64,000 nt of DNA from the human T2T-CHM13v2.0 reference genome, Homo sapiens, in NCBI RefSeq assembly GCF_009914755.1, contig NC_060926.1; one strand, written 5' to 3'. Shown piece by piece: positions 38,773 through 64,000 of the stretch; within the stretch, counting starts at the first letter, position 1; each line of letters begins with the position of its first letter. The notes beneath the pieces were generated by a model. That model saw only the letters and a list, made by a program, of their open reading frames with translations, had not been told where the DNA came from and ran no database searches. The position numbers and the translations under genes were made by a program.

Positions 38773-39821
38773 GCTCCAACTTTTTGAAAGTTGTACCACT
38801 CTTTTCTTAGTAGATTCTAATTTTCTCTCTCTCTCTCCTTTTTTATAATTATTTTTTTTTACTCTCTGTTGCCCAGGCTAGAGTAGAGTACATTGGTGGG
38901 ATCTTGGCTTACTGCAACCTCCATCTCCCAGGCTCAAGTGATCCTCCCATCTCAGCCTCCCAGAGTGTTGGGATTACAGGTGTGAGCCATTGCTCCTAGC
39001 CTTAATTTTCTCTTCTCAAAAAATGTTATCTGCCACTGAAGCACACATATAGACAGAAATAATTTGGTTTTGGGATTTGGGGACTGCAAAGCCAAGATTG
39101 GTAATTAGCATGTGATTTTAATGCAGTGCCTTTTGCCTCCCTATAGAAATGTAAGTGGACTCCCACTGATAAGATCCTTACCATCAGGTCTTCTTACAAC
39201 TTATTGTACTTTAACTGTAATCTGTTAACAGATTATGACATTCTTAAGACTTTTTCAGTTCGTTTTTTGTTTTTGAGACAGGGTCTCTGTCGCCCATGCT
39301 GCGCACCAGCATAGCCCGCTGCAGCATTGACCTCGCAGGCTCAAAGAATCCTCCCACTTCAGCCTCCATAGCAGGTCGGACCACAGGTGTGCGCCCCACA
39401 CCCGACTTTTTTTTTTTTTCTTTTTTGTAGAGACTGGATCTTCCAGTATTGCCTAGGCTGGTCTCAAACTCCTGGGCTCAAGTGATTCTCCCACCTCAGC
39501 TCTCGAGTACTGGGATTATAGGTGTGAGCTGCCATGCCCAGCAACTTTTTCAGTTTGAATAAATCGTAAATTACATTTACCTTGACTTTCAATAGAGAAT
39601 ATATAAGAATGTAAATTTATGGGAAAATGAATCACATTTTAATTTCTGGGGTCTTTGATTTCATAATTTCATTTAAAGTTCATTTTGAAGCTCATTTTCC
39701 CATATTTTTATATTCATGTTTAAGTTAAAATGTAGTAAAACATAACTACATGTTCTTGTTTCAAATTGGGAACTCAATTTGGAAGAGATTCCTTTTAGTC
39801 TGAGATTTTAAGATGTTTTAG

Positions 39822-39998
<177 letters not shown>

Positions 39999-40325
39999 TA
40001 GTAGATAGAGGGTTTCTCCATGTTAGTCAGGCTGGTCTTGAACTCCCGACCTCAGGTCATCCACCCGCCTCGGCCTCCCAAAGTGCTAGGATTACAGGCA
40101 TGAGCCACCGTGCCCAGCCTTAGCAGCAGTCTTGTAAGATGGTAACTTTTTCACAGTAGCAGCTTATGAAACTTATGATGTGAAATAACTAAACAGACCC
40201 CTTCATATTAAGCTTTGCAACCTTTTTAAAAGAAATCCATGCATCATAACTTATTTTCAAAACATCAACTTTATGATATCTATCATATATATTTGCCTAG
40301 GTTTTTTGTCTTTTGGTTTTTGGGT

Positions 40326-40532
<207 letters not shown>

Positions 40533-40535
40533 TAA

Positions 40536-40773
<238 letters not shown>

Positions 40774-41640
40774 TGATCTGCCCACCTCAGCCTCCCAAAG
40801 TGCTAGGATACAGGCATGAGCCACCGTGCCTGGCTAATTTTTGTATTTTTAGTAGAGATGGGATTTCACCATATTGGCCAGGCTCGTCTCGAACTCCTGA
40901 CCTCAAGTGATTCCCCCTTCTGCCTCCCAAAGTGCTGGGATTACAGGTGTGAGCCACCGCGCCTGGCCATGTTTTTTTTGTTTTTAAACTAGAAGCTCCA
41001 AAAGTTTTTAGTGAAGGCTAAGCTGTCATTGAATTATCCTAGAAATAATGTTTTTTAAATCACTTTATGAGCTGGGCGCTGTGGCTTATGCCTGTAATCC
41101 CATGGGAGACCAAGATGGGTGGATCACTTAAGGTCAGGATTTTGAGACCAGCCTGGCCAACATAGTGAAACCCCATCTGTACTAAAAATACAAAAAAATA
41201 TCTGGGCGTGATGGCAGGCGCCTGTAATCCCAGCTACTCGGGAGGCTGAGGCAGGAGAATCTCTTGAACCCAGGAGGCGGAGGTTGCAGTGAGCTGAGAT
41301 CACCCATTGCACTCCAGCCTGAGCAACAAGAGCGAAATTCTGTCTAAAAAAAAAAAAAAAAATCACTTTATAAATATAGCTGTGGGGCTACTTTCATGCA
41401 TATGGACTCAAAGGAAGCGCTCCCTAAACTGCATATTCATAAAAGTTAAAAGTAGAATGCTGTTCCTAATAAAAGTCTTTTTTTATAGAAGATTAATTTT
41501 TTAATTAATTTTAGTGTTGTGCTAAGGACCATGATGTTTTTCATTTCCTTAAAATTATAAGGTATTTTTTCAGTCTTTGAAGTTATTCATTAAAATTGAG
41601 AAAAGAACCCGTAAGCAGTATACAGATCAGAGCATCTTAA

Positions 41641-41875
<235 letters not shown>

Positions 41876-43014
41876 TGAACTCCTGACCTCAGGTGATCTG
41901 CCCACCTCAGCCTCCCAAGTGCTGGGATTACAGGCATGAGCCACTGCGCCCAGCCAGTTATTTTTATATGTTAGCCATGTCTTGATTTATGTTAAAGATC
42001 TGGGATAAGGCAGACAGTTTCCTAAAGGAACATATTACCTAGATTACATGAGAAGGAAGTGAGGAGCCAGGAAAAGATAGGCTGTTCTTGGGTTGGTAAG
42101 GACCAGTGGCCAGGTGGGTGTTGGCAGAGGAAAGACAGGCAAGGTGGGTGTGAAGCTTGGAAATGGATCTGTAGCTACAGGATGTTGGAAACAGAAAACC
42201 AGCTCTCACGCCTGATGGAATGTCTTGAGAGCTGGGTACCAGGAAGTGAAAACACTGCCCAATGAAATGAACAAGAGATGAATGAATTGCCTTGTTAGGC
42301 ACCTTCCACCATTCCCTCTCTGCTACATCCCTGATGGCCCTCTTGGTGTTTGTTAACCATGGTAACTGCCTGTAGAATTGTTTTTAGTTGTTGGCTCTCT
42401 GAGTTGTAGCAAAGTAGAATTATGAGTTCATCCAATTCATATACACAGTCAATTAGCCTCATATCTTTTTTTTTTTTTGTCTTGAGGCCGGGTCTCACTC
42501 TGTCACCCAGACTGGAGTCCAGTGACATAAACAAGGCTTACTGCAGCCTCAACCTTTGGGCTTACGTGATCCTCCTGCCGCAGCCTCCCAAGTAGCTGGG
42601 AGTACAGGCATGTGCTACCACGCCTGAATAATTTTTGAAATTTTTGTAGAGATAGGGTCTCATTGTGTCATCCAGGCTGGTCTTGAACTCTTGGGCTCAA
42701 GCAATCCTCTTGCCTCGGCCTCACAATGTGCTGGGATTATAGGTGTGAAGCACCACACCCAGCCTAGCCTCATCTCTTCTATGGCCACAGTGCCAGCCAG
42801 CAGTCCATCAAACTTTGCCAGTGGCCACGGGGGTACTGGCAAAGAAGTATAGATGGATCCCTGTAACTTAATCACTGCTACTAGAAAAAAAAAAACTGAG
42901 ATCAGAAGAGTGGGTCAGTTGTATTACCCTCAGCTAGAAGAAATAGCAGAAGAATAAGTGGATGAAGCATCTTGATATCATGACTAATTAGGTTTGCACA
43001 TTATCTTCTGTTGA

Positions 43015-43218
<204 letters not shown>

Positions 43219-44185
43219 TAGCCAGGATGGTCTCGATCTCCTGACCTCGTGATCCACCCACCTCGGCCTCCCAAAGTGCTGGGATTACAGGCGTGAGCCA
43301 CCGCGCCTGGCCTTTTCTGTTGAATTTTAATGTTTTTTTAATCTCTTTTGCTGGTACTCAGTGCCAGTGTCATGATATCAACTTTTTCTACAGTAAGAGG
43401 ATTTTCATTAGGAGAGTCACTTTTTAGAGTACTAGGTTGATGAGTTGACTTGGAACAGTCACAGGTATATTTGATTATAATTTATTATTTGGTTATGACT
43501 TTTATTGTTCCTTTGAGACTCTGTCATCCTCCCTACTCAGCAAAGTAAAGGGTCTCTCCAGCAGCACTCCTGTCTTATTCTCCAGGCTTTTTGTTTGTTT
43601 GTTTGTTTGTTTGTTTTTTTGAGATGGAGTCTGGTTCTGTCGGCCAGGCTGGAGTTCAGTACCGCAGTATCAGCTCAGCTGCAGCCTCCGCCTCCTGGGT
43701 TCAAATGATTCTCCTGCCTCAGCCTCCTGAGTAGCTGAGATTACAGGCGCCCACTACCATGCCCAGCTAATTTTTGTATTTTTTTTAGTAGAGACAGAGT
43801 TTCACCATGTTATCCAGGCTGGTCTCGAACCTCTGACCTCAGTTGGTCCGCCTGCCTCTGCCTCCCAATGTGCTGGGATTACAGGCGTGAGCCACTGTGC
43901 CTGGCAATTCTTCATAGATTTGTGATTATCTTTTGATACTTAGAAAAGAGCTAAAGGGATTAAACATTTATTTTTGTGTTCAGTGTAGTTTTTGTGTTAC
44001 GGGTTTTTGTGAATGGTTAGATAACTAACAACTATTGGGGTGAATAGCTGTACCCTACTGTTCTTGTTCCACCAGTATTCTCCTTTGGTGTCCTCTGTGG
44101 TTGTAGAGGTTTGGCAGTGTAAGCAGAGAAGTTTTCTAAATTAGGAGTTAAGGATGTTGAAGTAGAGCAGGCAGGGATTATATAA

Positions 44186-44503
<318 letters not shown>

Positions 44504-44959
44504 TGAGCCACCATGCCCGGCCCTTCTTTTCTATGATATTGAAATACATGCTGGGAGTTGAGGATGGTTGGATGGTGAATGGGAACCCAGGTAGTTTTCA
44601 TGTTCAAAGATCTTGATGTTCAGTCTGACACTGTTAGGGATTTGTATGTAGTTAATTGCGGTTCTAAGTCAATGTAAATTATACAGTGTGTTTGTATGGC
44701 TATACATATGAATATACATAGTGGTCACAGAGGTGGGACTGATTTTCTCTTCTCTAGGAAAACTGGTGATAAGAACGTCAAGTGACAGTAGATGAGAAAT
44801 ACAAGTGTTCCTATATTAGATCAGTATCAAGGGTCTTCATTCTGAGTCAGACATGCTGTATATTTTCATGTTTCTTCGTTATTCTAGATCATATTTTCTA
44901 CAAGCTTTTTAAAAGCCACCATTGGAAGAGAAATAACAAATCTACTTGCAGAATTGGCA

Positions 44960-45840
44960 TAGACCATTGCTATCCAATAGAAATCTAATGTAAGCCACAT
45001 ACATAATCTTAAATTCCCTGGTAGCCACATTTTTAAAAAAGGAGGTGAAATTAATAATGAAATAACAACCCACTATATCCAAAATACCATTTCAACATGT
45101 AACTGACATAGAATTGTTTATGATATATTTACATTTTTTTCTTACAAAGTCTTAAATTTTTTTTTTTAAGAGACAGAGTCTCACTCTGTTGCCCAGGCTG
45201 GAGTGTGGGGGTGTGATCGTACCTCACTGCAGCCTTGACCTCCCATCCTCAAGAGATTCTCATACCTCAATCTCCTGAGTGGATAGGACTACAGACATGT
45301 GCCACCATACCTGGCTAACTTTTGTTTTGTTTTTTTTGCTTGTTTGTTTGAGATAGAATTTCGTTCTTGTAGCCCAGGCTGGAGTAAAATGGCGTGATCT
45401 CAGCTCACTGCAACCTCCACCTCCTGGGTTCAAGCAATTCTCCTGCCTCAGCCTCCCAAAGTAGCTGGGATTACAGGCACCTGCCACCACACCCAGCTAA
45501 TTTTTTTGTATTTTTAGTTGAAATGGGGTTTCACTGTGTTGGCCAGGCTGGTCTTGAACTCCTAACCTCAGGTGATCCACCCACCTTGGCCTCCCAAAGT
45601 GTTGGGATTACAGGCGTGAGCCACTGCGTCCGGCTGACTTTTGTATTTTTTATAGAGATGGAGTCACCCTATGTTGCCCAGGCAGGTCCTGAGCTCCTGA
45701 CCTCAAGCAATCCTACCTTGGTCTCCTACAGTGCTGGGATTACAGGAGTGAGTCCCTATTCCCAGCCAAAGTCTTAAATCTTAAATTTTACATTCATCAT
45801 ATTTTAATTCAAATGCTAAATTTTCATTTAAAAAATGCCT
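44960..45840. mobile_element. MER33/Charlie1-like DNA transposon fragment split by Alus
   Basis: 'tccaatagaaat..atgtaagccacat...ggtagccacatttttaaaaaag..ggtgaaattaat...catttcaacatgtaa'. Confidence 0.65.
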
Positions 45841-46329
45841 CAGTTGAAAAACATATTCACATTTATGCGTTGAGGGTCTGCTAGGCTTTTGCTGACCACC
45901 CTGTCTAAAGTAGCTCATACTCTGGCTGGCCATGGTGGCTCATGCTTGTAATCCCAGCACTTTGGGAGGCTGAGGAAGGAGGATTGTTTGAGACAAAGCT
46001 GGGCAACATGGTAAGACCCCATCTTCACAAAATAAGTAAATAAATAATAGAAGTTTCTTTGAAAAAATAAGTAAATAAAGTAGCCCACACTCTATATATA
46101 TTTTTTGTAGGGATGGGGTCTTGCTGTGTTGCCAAGGCTGGTCTCAAACTCCTGAGCTCAAGCAATTTTCCCGCCTCAGCCTCCCAAAGTGCTACGATTA
46201 CAGATGTGAGCCATCACACTTGGCTGTGGATTTCTGCTTCAGTTTCTGTCCTAAGAACTTAGATTTTTCATTTCTTTTTCACCTTAAAATTATTTTTTAA
46301 CATATACTGGTTTCATGACCTTTTATTTA

Positions 46330-46687
<358 letters not shown>

Positions 46688-46809
46688 TTATTTTGTGAAG
46701 TTGGGGCCTCACTATGTTGCCCAGGATGGCCTCGAACTCTTGGGCTCAATCCCCTTGCCTCAGCCTCCCAAAGTGTTGGGATTACAAGCTTGAGCCACCA
46801 TGGCCGGCC

Positions 46810-53230
<6,421 letters not shown>

Positions 53231-54066
53231 TAAATACATGCTCAGCAGCAATATCATTAGAAATCTTGAAGTCAGGAGTTGATGTGATTATGTTGCCTTT
53301 CTCTCTAGTTTAAACTTTCTATCAGGTAGACATCATTTTGGTGGCCTGTGAACTTTGTCTTTTTTCCCACAGTTGCAGGAGAGTGGTAGAAAGCCCGATG
53401 TGTCTTCTGTGCCAGTGCTACAGTGAGACAGGTCCAGGCCTGGAGATCACACTGTGGGAAATAGGCCAGTTTGGCATCTGGATAATGAATTAGTTTATTT
53501 TAGTCCATTTCTCTCCAATATAATCAAGAGGAAGATAGAATAATAGACCTTTTGGTCCAGAAGGAAATCAGCCGCAACAGCCTCCTCCCCAGCCCCCTTT
53601 CATAATACCTCCAACTGTGGTCTAGAAGAAAGATTGAACCATACTACTTGAGATCATATTACAAGTTAATGACAAAGTCAGGACTAGAATCTAGATCCCA
53701 TGACTCATATTTCAACCCATTTTCTACTATGTATGCTGCTGGTATGAGAGACCCAAAACTGCAGGCTCAGAGAGAATTTATTAGTTCATCAGTACCCTGA
53801 GGCCACACTTCTGCAATGGATGAAATTTTCCTGTTTACTCTTAAGTTTTTCCTGAGATAATGAGTAGTGAAGTTAGGAATGGAACTTTGGAGCCAGACTG
53901 TCTGAGTTCAAACCCCAGCCTGGTCACTTACTGTGACCTTGGGTAAGTTGTTTATCTCTCTGCATCATTTTATGAAATAGGCTTAATGTTTAGTAACCTC
54001 AGAGAATGGTTGTTATTAGATGGTTTTATATATAAAATGTTTGGAGTAGTGCCTGGCATATGGTAA

Positions 54067-54628
<562 letters not shown>

Positions 54629-55302
54629 TAGAGACGGGGTTTCACCGTGTTAGCCAGGATGGTCTCGATCTCCTGACCTTGTGATCCGCCCGCCTCGGCC
54701 TCCCAAAGTGCTGAGATTACAGCATCACCATAGACAGTATCTTTCAGCTGGGCTCAGTGTATAATCCCAGCACTTTGGGAGGTCGAGGCAGGCAGGTCCC
54801 TTGAGCCCAGGTATTCGAGACTAGCCTGAACAACTGACGAAACCCCTTCTCTGCAAAAATATTAAGCCGGGCATGGTGGCACATGCCTGTAGTCCCAGCT
54901 ACTTGGGAGGCTGAGATGAAAGGATCACCTGAGCCCAGGAGGTGGAGGCTGTGGTGAGCCATGATTGTGCCACTGCACTCCAGCCCAGGCAATAGAGTGA
55001 GACCCTGTGTCAGAAAAAAAAAAAAGAAAAGAAACAGGAAAAAAACAAAACAAAACAAAAAAACCAAAGACAGTATCTTTGCTTCATTAGGGAGTATCAG
55101 ACAAGACTGTCACTGTCCTCATGACATAATAGATGTGTTGGATGGTAATATAAGAGGAGCTCATCACGACTGAGTAGCTCACAGAGTGTTGATCCACAGA
55201 TAGTGTCAACCTGCAATACAGAGAAGATCACCGAGGTGATAATCACTTTTTTCTGTTGGGAGATAATTTGTTTTGTATGGACCGAGATTAACACATAGTT
55301 GA

Positions 55303-55955
<653 letters not shown>

Positions 55956-56146
55956 TAGAGGCGAGGTTTCACCATGTTAGCCAGGATGGTCTCGATCTCC
56001 TGACCCTGTGATCCGCCCATCTCGGCCTCCCAAAGTGCTGGGATTACAGGCGTGAGCCACCGCGCCCGGCCAAGTATGAACATTTTAAAGCAAATTTCAG
56101 ACCTGCATATCCTTTTACTCACAAATATTTCTGTATTTATCTGTAA

Positions 56147-56539
<393 letters not shown>

Positions 56540-56851
56540 TAATATTTAATACTCAGTTCATGTTCAGTTTTCTCATTTGTCAAGTATGTCTTTTTAGTTT
56601 GTTAAAATCAGGATCCAGATAAGATCCACATGTTACATTTGGTTGATAGGTCCTTTAAAATGTCTATTTATAGTAGCCCTCTTCTTGAAAATACTGTTTA
56701 TTTGTTGAAAAAACTGGATCATTCCTTTGATAGTATTTCCCATATTTGGGATTGCATTTTAATGATATTTTAATACATTCTTTTCATCGCCTGTATTTCT
56801 TTTAAGTGGTGCTCAGTTCTAGAGCCTTTTTCGAAATTTAAATTTTATTAA

Positions 56852-57124
<273 letters not shown>

Positions 57125-58247
57125 TGAGCCAACCGTGCCTGGCCAATTTTATTATTTTGTTTTTCTTGCTATGATAGATATGTTCAGAGTTTCAGGGTAT
57201 CAGTTCTAGAGTCTTGATTCAGGTTTTTGTCTTTGGTAAGAATATTTCGTAGGTGCCGAATATGTTTTTATAAGAATATGAGTGTTATACTTCTTATTAC
57301 ATCATACTGACAGGCTTAGAATGTCTGGTTGTCTCAGTGGGTTCAGATGTCAGGCTGTTCCTTTATTGTCTGTCACTGATGTGAGCTACTTGGATCTATC
57401 TATCCTTTGTTAGTGATTGCAAGAGGTTGACTTTCCAACTTTATCATTTTTATTTCTGTGTTTATTCATTAGAATTCTTTTATAAAGAATTCTTGGCTGA
57501 GCACGATGGCTCATGCCTGTAATCCCAACACTGGGAGGCCAAGTTGGAAAGATCACTTGAGGCCAGGAGTTCAAAACAAGCGTGGGCAATACATTGAAAC
57601 CCTGTGTCTTTAAAAAATCCATTTTTAAAAAGAACTCTTATTCACATACTTTAAGTAAAATGCTCAAATGTAAAGGAAAAATGAAAACAATATGTGATAA
57701 TATGCCTTTCAAGATACAGATGCTTAGGAAGTTATTTAAAGAAGTAATGAAGAAGTCAGATACTCTATAAATGTGATGGCTTCAAATGCAAGTCCATAAC
57801 AGACATGTTGTATTGAAGTTCAGATACCACAAGCAGTATTGCCGTCAATGTTGTTTCTTTTTGAACAGCTCATAGTTTCAAGTTCCAAGCAATTGTATTA
57901 CTGGTGATTTCAGTGTGTATGTTAAAATCATGCAAAAGTACTTAGTACCTATATAAAAATTGATTTAGCTTCTACACTCAAGTAATTATAAACAGGTTTT
58001 TCTTTTGGGACATTTGACAGTTATGTGAAAGGTGAGTCTTCGTTGTGTAGTATTGTCTGTTACACTGCAGGTGTCTAGAATTGCTGATAGTGTTCTCCCT
58101 CTAAAGTAATGTCACCCAACCACTTGTAAATTGACGATAATAAGACAGGAAATCAAGAACCAATATAAATAAGCAAACATTTGAAAATAAGAGCTAAAAA
58201 TCAAAAATAATCTCTCTTTTTGCTGATAATACTTTATACCTAAATAA

Positions 58248-58496
<249 letters not shown>

Positions 58497-58629
58497 TGAT
58501 CCACCTGCCTCGGCCTCCTAAACTGCTGAGATTACAGAGGAGTGAGCCACCATGCCTGGCCTAACCTAAAAGTCTCTTTAAAAATTATTAGAATTAATGA
58601 GATAATTTAATAAGTAGCTGGGTATGTAT

Positions 58630-58955
58630 AGTGATTCTTTGCTTAATGAGAGGGATACGTGCTGAGAAATGCATCGTTAGGTGATTTTGTCATTGTGTGA
58701 ACATCATAGAGTGTACTTACAGAAACCTAGACGGTATAGCCTACTACACATCTGGGCTATGTATGTTGGCCAGGCTAAGCTATTGCTCCTAGGCTACAAA
58801 CCTGTACAGTATGTTACTGTACTGAATACTGTAGGTAATTATAACAGAATAATAACTGTATGTAAACATAGAAAAGATACAATAAAAATGTATGATCTTA
58901 TGAGACTGCCGTGGCTATGCAGTCTATTGTTGATTTAAGTGTTGTGCATGACTAT
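58630..58955 (+). mobile_element. Tigger3-family (TcMar-Tigger) element
   Basis: 'ggatacgtgctgagaaatgcatcgttaggtgattttgtcattgtgtgaacatcatagagtgtacttac...ggctacaaacctgtacagtatgttactgtactgaatactgtagg'. Confidence 0.85.
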
Positions 58956-59501
58956 ACCTAGCGTGACAACTACTCAGTCATAGAACAGGTTTGCAACTTA
59001 GTTTCACTGAAAATTTTTTTGTGGTGCTCACTTTTTTTTCCCTCATAAAATTGCTTGTTTCTTCCTGATTGTTGTAGGTCTTGAGGATATTAAACCTTTT
59101 TAATTATAGGATTTTTTTTCCATTTTCATTTGGCTTATACGTAGTGTCTTGGTTCCCCAAAAGATACTCATTTTTATTATAGACATATCCTCTGCCTTTC
59201 CTTTTTGCTTTCTGGATTTCATCATATCTAAAAAGGCGGTTACCATGCCCATGATTCTTTTGTTTGCTTTTAAGACCGAAAAGGTGAAAAAGCAATTGAG
59301 GACTTGAAGAAGGCATATATTTCTTACCCCTCACTCCCCATGGTCTCCTCTTAAGAGGAAGGCATCATATTAGGAAATGGATCACAGAGTAGGACACAGA
59401 TCTCAGGAAGGGAGGAGACCTTTCTGAAGGAGGCAAGGAGCATGAGGTACCTTGTAAAATTGTTGAGTGGTGTCTGTTCAGTTATTGTGCCTCATCTATA
59501 A

Positions 59502-60255
<754 letters not shown>

Positions 60256-60444
60256 TAATGGAAACAAACACTTTATAAAATAATACCTGATTTGCAGTAT
60301 AGTCTGATAATTTCTAATTCTTTTCTGTTTTTAAGAAGTTCTGGTTAAGATCCACTAAATTAATAATTCTCAACCCTGTCAGAGCCAACGCCTTATTTAT
60401 TTATTTATTTATTTATTTACTTACTTACTTACTTACTTATTTGA

Positions 60445-61146
<702 letters not shown>

Positions 61147-61879
61147 TAAGTAGAGACACGGTTTCACCATGTTGGCCAGGCTGGTCTTGAACTCCTGAAT
61201 TCGTGATCTGCCTGCCTCGGCCTCTCAAAGTGTTGGGATTACAGGCGTGAGCCACCACACCCGGCCTCATTTATTTTTTATAACAAATAATTTAATGCCT
61301 ATTGATTATCCTGAAGTAAGGTTAATAGGTGAGTCTTTAACTACATTAGAATCTGACGTTACAGTGAAATAACTGAGTACCTATACCTACTTACAATAAA
61401 TAAGTTGGACTTAAAAGAAATAAGATCAGAAGAACTTTCATTTTCCTATACTATTTATAGATATGGGTAGATACCAGAATGAAAACTGTTAGAATGAGTA
61501 AAAGCAGAATTATTTGCATATAAGAGAAAGGGGGAAATAATTTTGTTTGATGTAGGGATAACATAAGACAAATTACATACTTTCCACATGGAAAAATAAA
61601 AATAGTATCACATAGTCACTAGTGAGTTTGACCTAATTATAGTGTCAAAATAATTCCCAGTTAGAGGCCCTGACAGGAGACAAGGAAGTGAGGAAATCTC
61701 ACAGAAAACCTGGTGGCATTTACATTCAGCCCCTAGTACTTAAATGTCCCCTGGAGAAAATACTCCTTAATAGGCAATGAGTAATAAAGGATAGATTAGA
61801 AAAAGAAACAGGAATAGATGTGTGGTAGACTTCAGGGGACATTAAAAAAAAAAGAAAAATAATAGCAACCTCAAAATAA

Positions 61880-62119
<240 letters not shown>

Positions 62120-63344
62120 TAGTAGAGACGGGGTTTCACCGTGTTAGCCAGGATGGTCTCGATCTCCTGACCTCGTGATCCGCCCATCTCAACCTCCCAA
62201 AGTGCTGGGATTACAGCCGTAAGCCACTGCGCCCAGCTATGAAATATATTTTTTAATCTCAATAAAATCTAGCAAGAACCCTGTGTTTCATAAGCCCCTT
62301 GTAATTTGATAATGTTTGGAAATAAATCTCTTCAGTCTCTATTTCATATTTGGAAGTTATAGCTCCGAAAGCAGTCTGATCAGGTACAGTGTACTGGAAA
62401 GTCAGCTACAAACAGCTTTGTCATCCAGTTTTCTGGAATGTTAAACAGTCTTTGGTAAATCCTAAATGAAGCAAAACAATATTTGTGTAATAGTGACATA
62501 CTAGAAAGTAAGTGTTTACTAAAACTGTGAATAATATTCTGTGTTAAGGTTAAAAAATTGAATTAGGTATTATGCTTAGATAATTTTACTTTTTTTTTTT
62601 TTTTTTTTTTAAGAGTCAGGGTCTTGCTTTGTTGCCCAGGCTGGAGTGTAGTGGCACGATCATAGCTCACTGCAGCTTTGCACTCCTGGGCTCAAGCAAT
62701 CCTCCCACCTCAGCATCCTGAGTAGGTAGGGCTACAGATAAGTGCCGCCATGCCCAGCTAAAGTTTTGGGTTTGTTTTGTTTTGTTTTGTGGGTTTTCTT
62801 TTTTTTTCTTTTTTGTCTTTTTTTTGTAGGGATGGGGTCTCACTATTGCCCAGGCTGGTCTTAAACTCCTGGTCTCAAGTGATCTTCCTGCTCCACTTCC
62901 CAAAGTGCTGGAATTACAGGTGTGAGCCACTACTCCCAGCCTTATATAATTTTATTTTAATTAATTAATTAATTAATTTTTTCATTTTTTTGAGACAGGG
63001 TCTCTGTCTGTCACCCAGGCTGGAGTGCAGTGGCGTGATCTTGGCTCACTGAAACCTCTGCCTCCCAGGTTCAAGTGATTCTTCCACCTCAGCCTCCTGA
63101 GTAGCTGTGACTACAGGCGTATACCACCATGCCCAGCTAATTTTTGTATTTTTTGGTAGAGACAGGGTCTCACCATGTTGGCCAGGCTGGTCTCGAACTC
63201 CTGACCTCAAGTGAGCTGCCTGCCCTAGCCTCCCAAAGTGCTGGGATTACAGGTGTGAGTCACTGCACCTGGCCCCCAGCCTTACATAATTTTAAAGTTT
63301 TGGGTTTTTAGTTTCCTTCTTGAATGTCTGGTAGGAGGTTTAGA

Positions 63345-63525
63345 AAATCCTGTTGGGATGCTGAACAATTCTTTATTGCATTTTCTGTGCATTGCAAAAT
63401 GCCTAGCATCTTTGGCACTTTTCCTCAATAAATGCCAGTAGAGCCCCTAATCATTGTGATGACCAAAAAATAGCCCCCATACAGTTCCAGAATGTCCTGT
63501 GTGGGTGATACCTCCCAGTTGAGAG
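63345..63525. mobile_element. MER20-like hAT MITE
   Basis: 'aaatgccagtag..ccc..tcattgtgatgaccaaaaa....ttccagaatgtcc...ccagttgagag'. Confidence 0.55.
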
Positions 63526-63577
63526 TGATAGTGACTAAATTTATTTTACTGAGTTACAACCTGTAGTTTGAAAAACA

Positions 63578-63880
63578 CACGATCACATGTTGCCTAGCAA
63601 CATAGATACATTCTGAGATCCATTGTTAAACAATTTCATAATCGTGTGAATATCATAGTGTACTAACACAAACCCCTACTGTACACCTAGGCTATATGGA
63701 TAGCTTGTTGTTTATCTAAGCTAGAAACCTGCATAATATGTTGCTGTACTCAATACTGTAGGCAGTTATAACACAATGCTATTTGTGGTTCTAAACATAC
63801 CTAAACATAAAAAAGGTATCAGTAAAAATAAACTTGTGGGACCACCATCATATATGCAGTCCTTCATTGACCTAACCATG
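63578..63880 (+). mobile_element. Second Tigger3-family element
   Basis: 'gatacattctgaga..cattgtta..caatttcata.tcgtgtgaatatcatag...ctactgtacacctaggctatatgg...ggaccaccatcatatatgcagtc'. Confidence 0.8.
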
Positions 63881-64000
63881 GTAGGCTTTGGCATCCTCCT
63901 CAAAACAGGTAGAAGAATTGATTATATTAATAACATTATTGCAAATACAAAATTGTTACTTTCCTAGTAGTGATGGATCTACTTCAGTTAGCTTTGTTCT

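Overview
Primate, most likely human, genomic DNA that is very Alu-dense (roughly 80-90 Alu copies or fragments by eye) and also carries old L1, L2, MIR, hAT/Tigger and LTR relics. The only well-supported gene feature is a CpG island (~32,100-34,100) holding a GC-rich first exon. Its coding part is ATG TCC CGA CAT GAA G|GTGAGA (MSRHE-G), which I recognise as the N-terminus of the E3 ligase KCMF1 (human 2p11.2). Everything after 33,290 appears to be KCMF1 intron 1; exon 2 is not in the window. The first ~32 kb is upstream/intergenic. Nearly all ORFs in the supplied track are Alu, low-complexity or GC-content artefacts. I found no convincing new multi-gene system. The best leads are several template-switch scars (notably a 43-bp templated insertion at 17.55 kb), a possible ancient Gypsy integrase relic fragmented by Alu/L1 insertions, a ~35-bp young L1 insertion, candidate cryptic exons and an NF-kB/E-box module. 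Repeat boundaries and subfamilies were assigned by eye and are approximate.
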